Below are positions 63,265-64,000 of a stretch of DNA of 64,000 nt, in pieces. Origin of the DNA: an uncultured virus (IMG/VR IMGVR_UViG_3300025848_000037) (taxonomy: Duplodnaviria > Heunggongvirae > Uroviricota > Caudoviricetes); IMG/VR virus record IMGVR_UViG_3300025848_000037; one strand, given 5' to 3'. The number at the start of each line of letters is the position of its first letter. Positions within the stretch are counted from its first letter, which is position 1. The notes under the pieces were generated by a model, which was not told where the DNA came from, did not search any database, and saw only the letters and a program-made list of their open reading frames with translations. Position numbers and translations under genes: made by a program.

Positions 63265-63599
63265 GATTTCTCCTTTGCTGCGGCGATGGCGGCGATTCGC
63301 TTCGCCTCTGCTTGTGCGCCAAGCATGGAGCCACTTGCCGGAATTAACTCCAGCGCCTCCAGCAGTTGCTCGTTTACACGCTCCAACTCGGCCAGCTTCT
63401 TGTCTAGCTCGGTGTTCTGGTCGCGCAAGCTCTCGTTGAGTTCGTGCAGGCGGCGCAGTTCGGCGGCGGCTTTGTGTTTGAAGTCCATTGGGCCATTGCT
63501 GGCACCGTCCAGTTCATCAGCCAGATGCTTTACGTTTTCACGCTCGCAGCCGCTACGTTTGCAAAACCCCCCGCACGATGAGCATTGACGTTCAGTCAT
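63261..63599 (-). CDS. Accessory protein
   Basis: CSSCGGFC; AAAELRRLH...LLEALE. Confidence 0.65.
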   Translation of the reverse strand: MTERQCSSCGGFCKRSGCERENVKHLADELDGASNGPMDFKHKAAAELRRLHELNESLRDQNTELDKKLAELERVNEQLLEALELIPASGSMLGAQAEAKRIAAIAAAKEKS

Positions 63600-64000
63600 T
63601 CCCCACCCCCGATCCCGTGCTTGCGCTCGATGGCGCGGCAAAGCTCTCGCACATAAACACCGAGCGGCTTGCCCTTCTCTCTAGTGCGGCAGTAAACGCG
63701 GTTTTCGATCTTGTCGAACTCTTCCTCCGTCAGCGGCTGGCGCTGGGGCGGGGTTGACAGAAGCTCCTCATTGCCTTCGCTGTCAATGCTCCATGACGCG
63801 CCGCAAACGCACAGCAGTTCGTGAGGCTGGCGCTGGGGCGGGGCGGTGTAGAGCATCGTGCCGATTGGAATTGCATCAACATCTTCTTGCTGGTAATCGA
63901 TGGCGTGTTTCTCGTCAGACAAGCTTCCTTCGCAAACCCACGCCACCGGCTCCTGCTTTTCGGCCTGCTCAATGGCGGTGCGGAGAGCGGCGATGGCGTT
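63596..64000 (-). CDS. Accessory protein, 5' truncated by window edge
   Basis: QEPVAW...LYTAPPQRQP...RAIERKHGI; frame open to the edge. Confidence 0.65.
   Translation of the reverse strand, partial: NAIAALRTAIEQAEKQEPVAWVCEGSLSDEKHAIDYQQEDVDAIPIGTMLYTAPPQRQPHELLCVCGASWSIDSEGNEELLSTPPQRQPLTEEEFDKIENRVYCRTREKGKPLGVYVRELCRAIERKHGIGGGE

Noticed and set aside
1..64000. tRNA, integrase, DNA polymerase or ParA genes
   Set aside because: None recognised by eye; they could lie outside the window, so lifestyle cannot be assigned

Overview
The window is most of a tailed dsDNA phage genome, probably podovirus-like (no tape measure or sheath gene; a P22 gp10-like tail hub and large internal/ejection proteins). 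Both ends cut through genes. Layout from left to right: leftward SF2 helicase start and ParB-like gene; a structured non-coding control region; RuvC-like resolvase; rightward recombination operon (PD-(D/E)XK nuclease, Erf, SSB-like); one long leftward morphogenesis block (in transcription order TerS, LexA-like HTH, TerL, portal, GroES, scaffold, capsid, small basic proteins, adaptors, a 2428-aa fibre, lysis cassette with GH19 endolysin and nested spanins, tail proteins, internal proteins, a 3808-aa MTase/helicase/peptidase polyvalent protein); rightward early small-gene region; leftward Toprim primase and accessory genes. Main unexplained signals: (1) a 14-bp palindrome TGGAAC-TT-GTTCCA dispersed in 9 exact and 2 one-mismatch copies, independent of reading frame, with one copy between the ParB-like gene's promoter and RBS, suggesting a phage ParB/parS-like or operator system; (2) a well-formed 131-codon gene, and possibly a 24-codon one, overprinted in the +1 frame inside the giant polyvalent gene; (3) shared xGG and ADGxAxxGKT motifs across small basic and internal proteins; (4) several candidate structured RNAs and a sharp G/C skew pivot at the TerS 3' end. 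All product calls come from motif recognition and gene order by eye; no database search was run.
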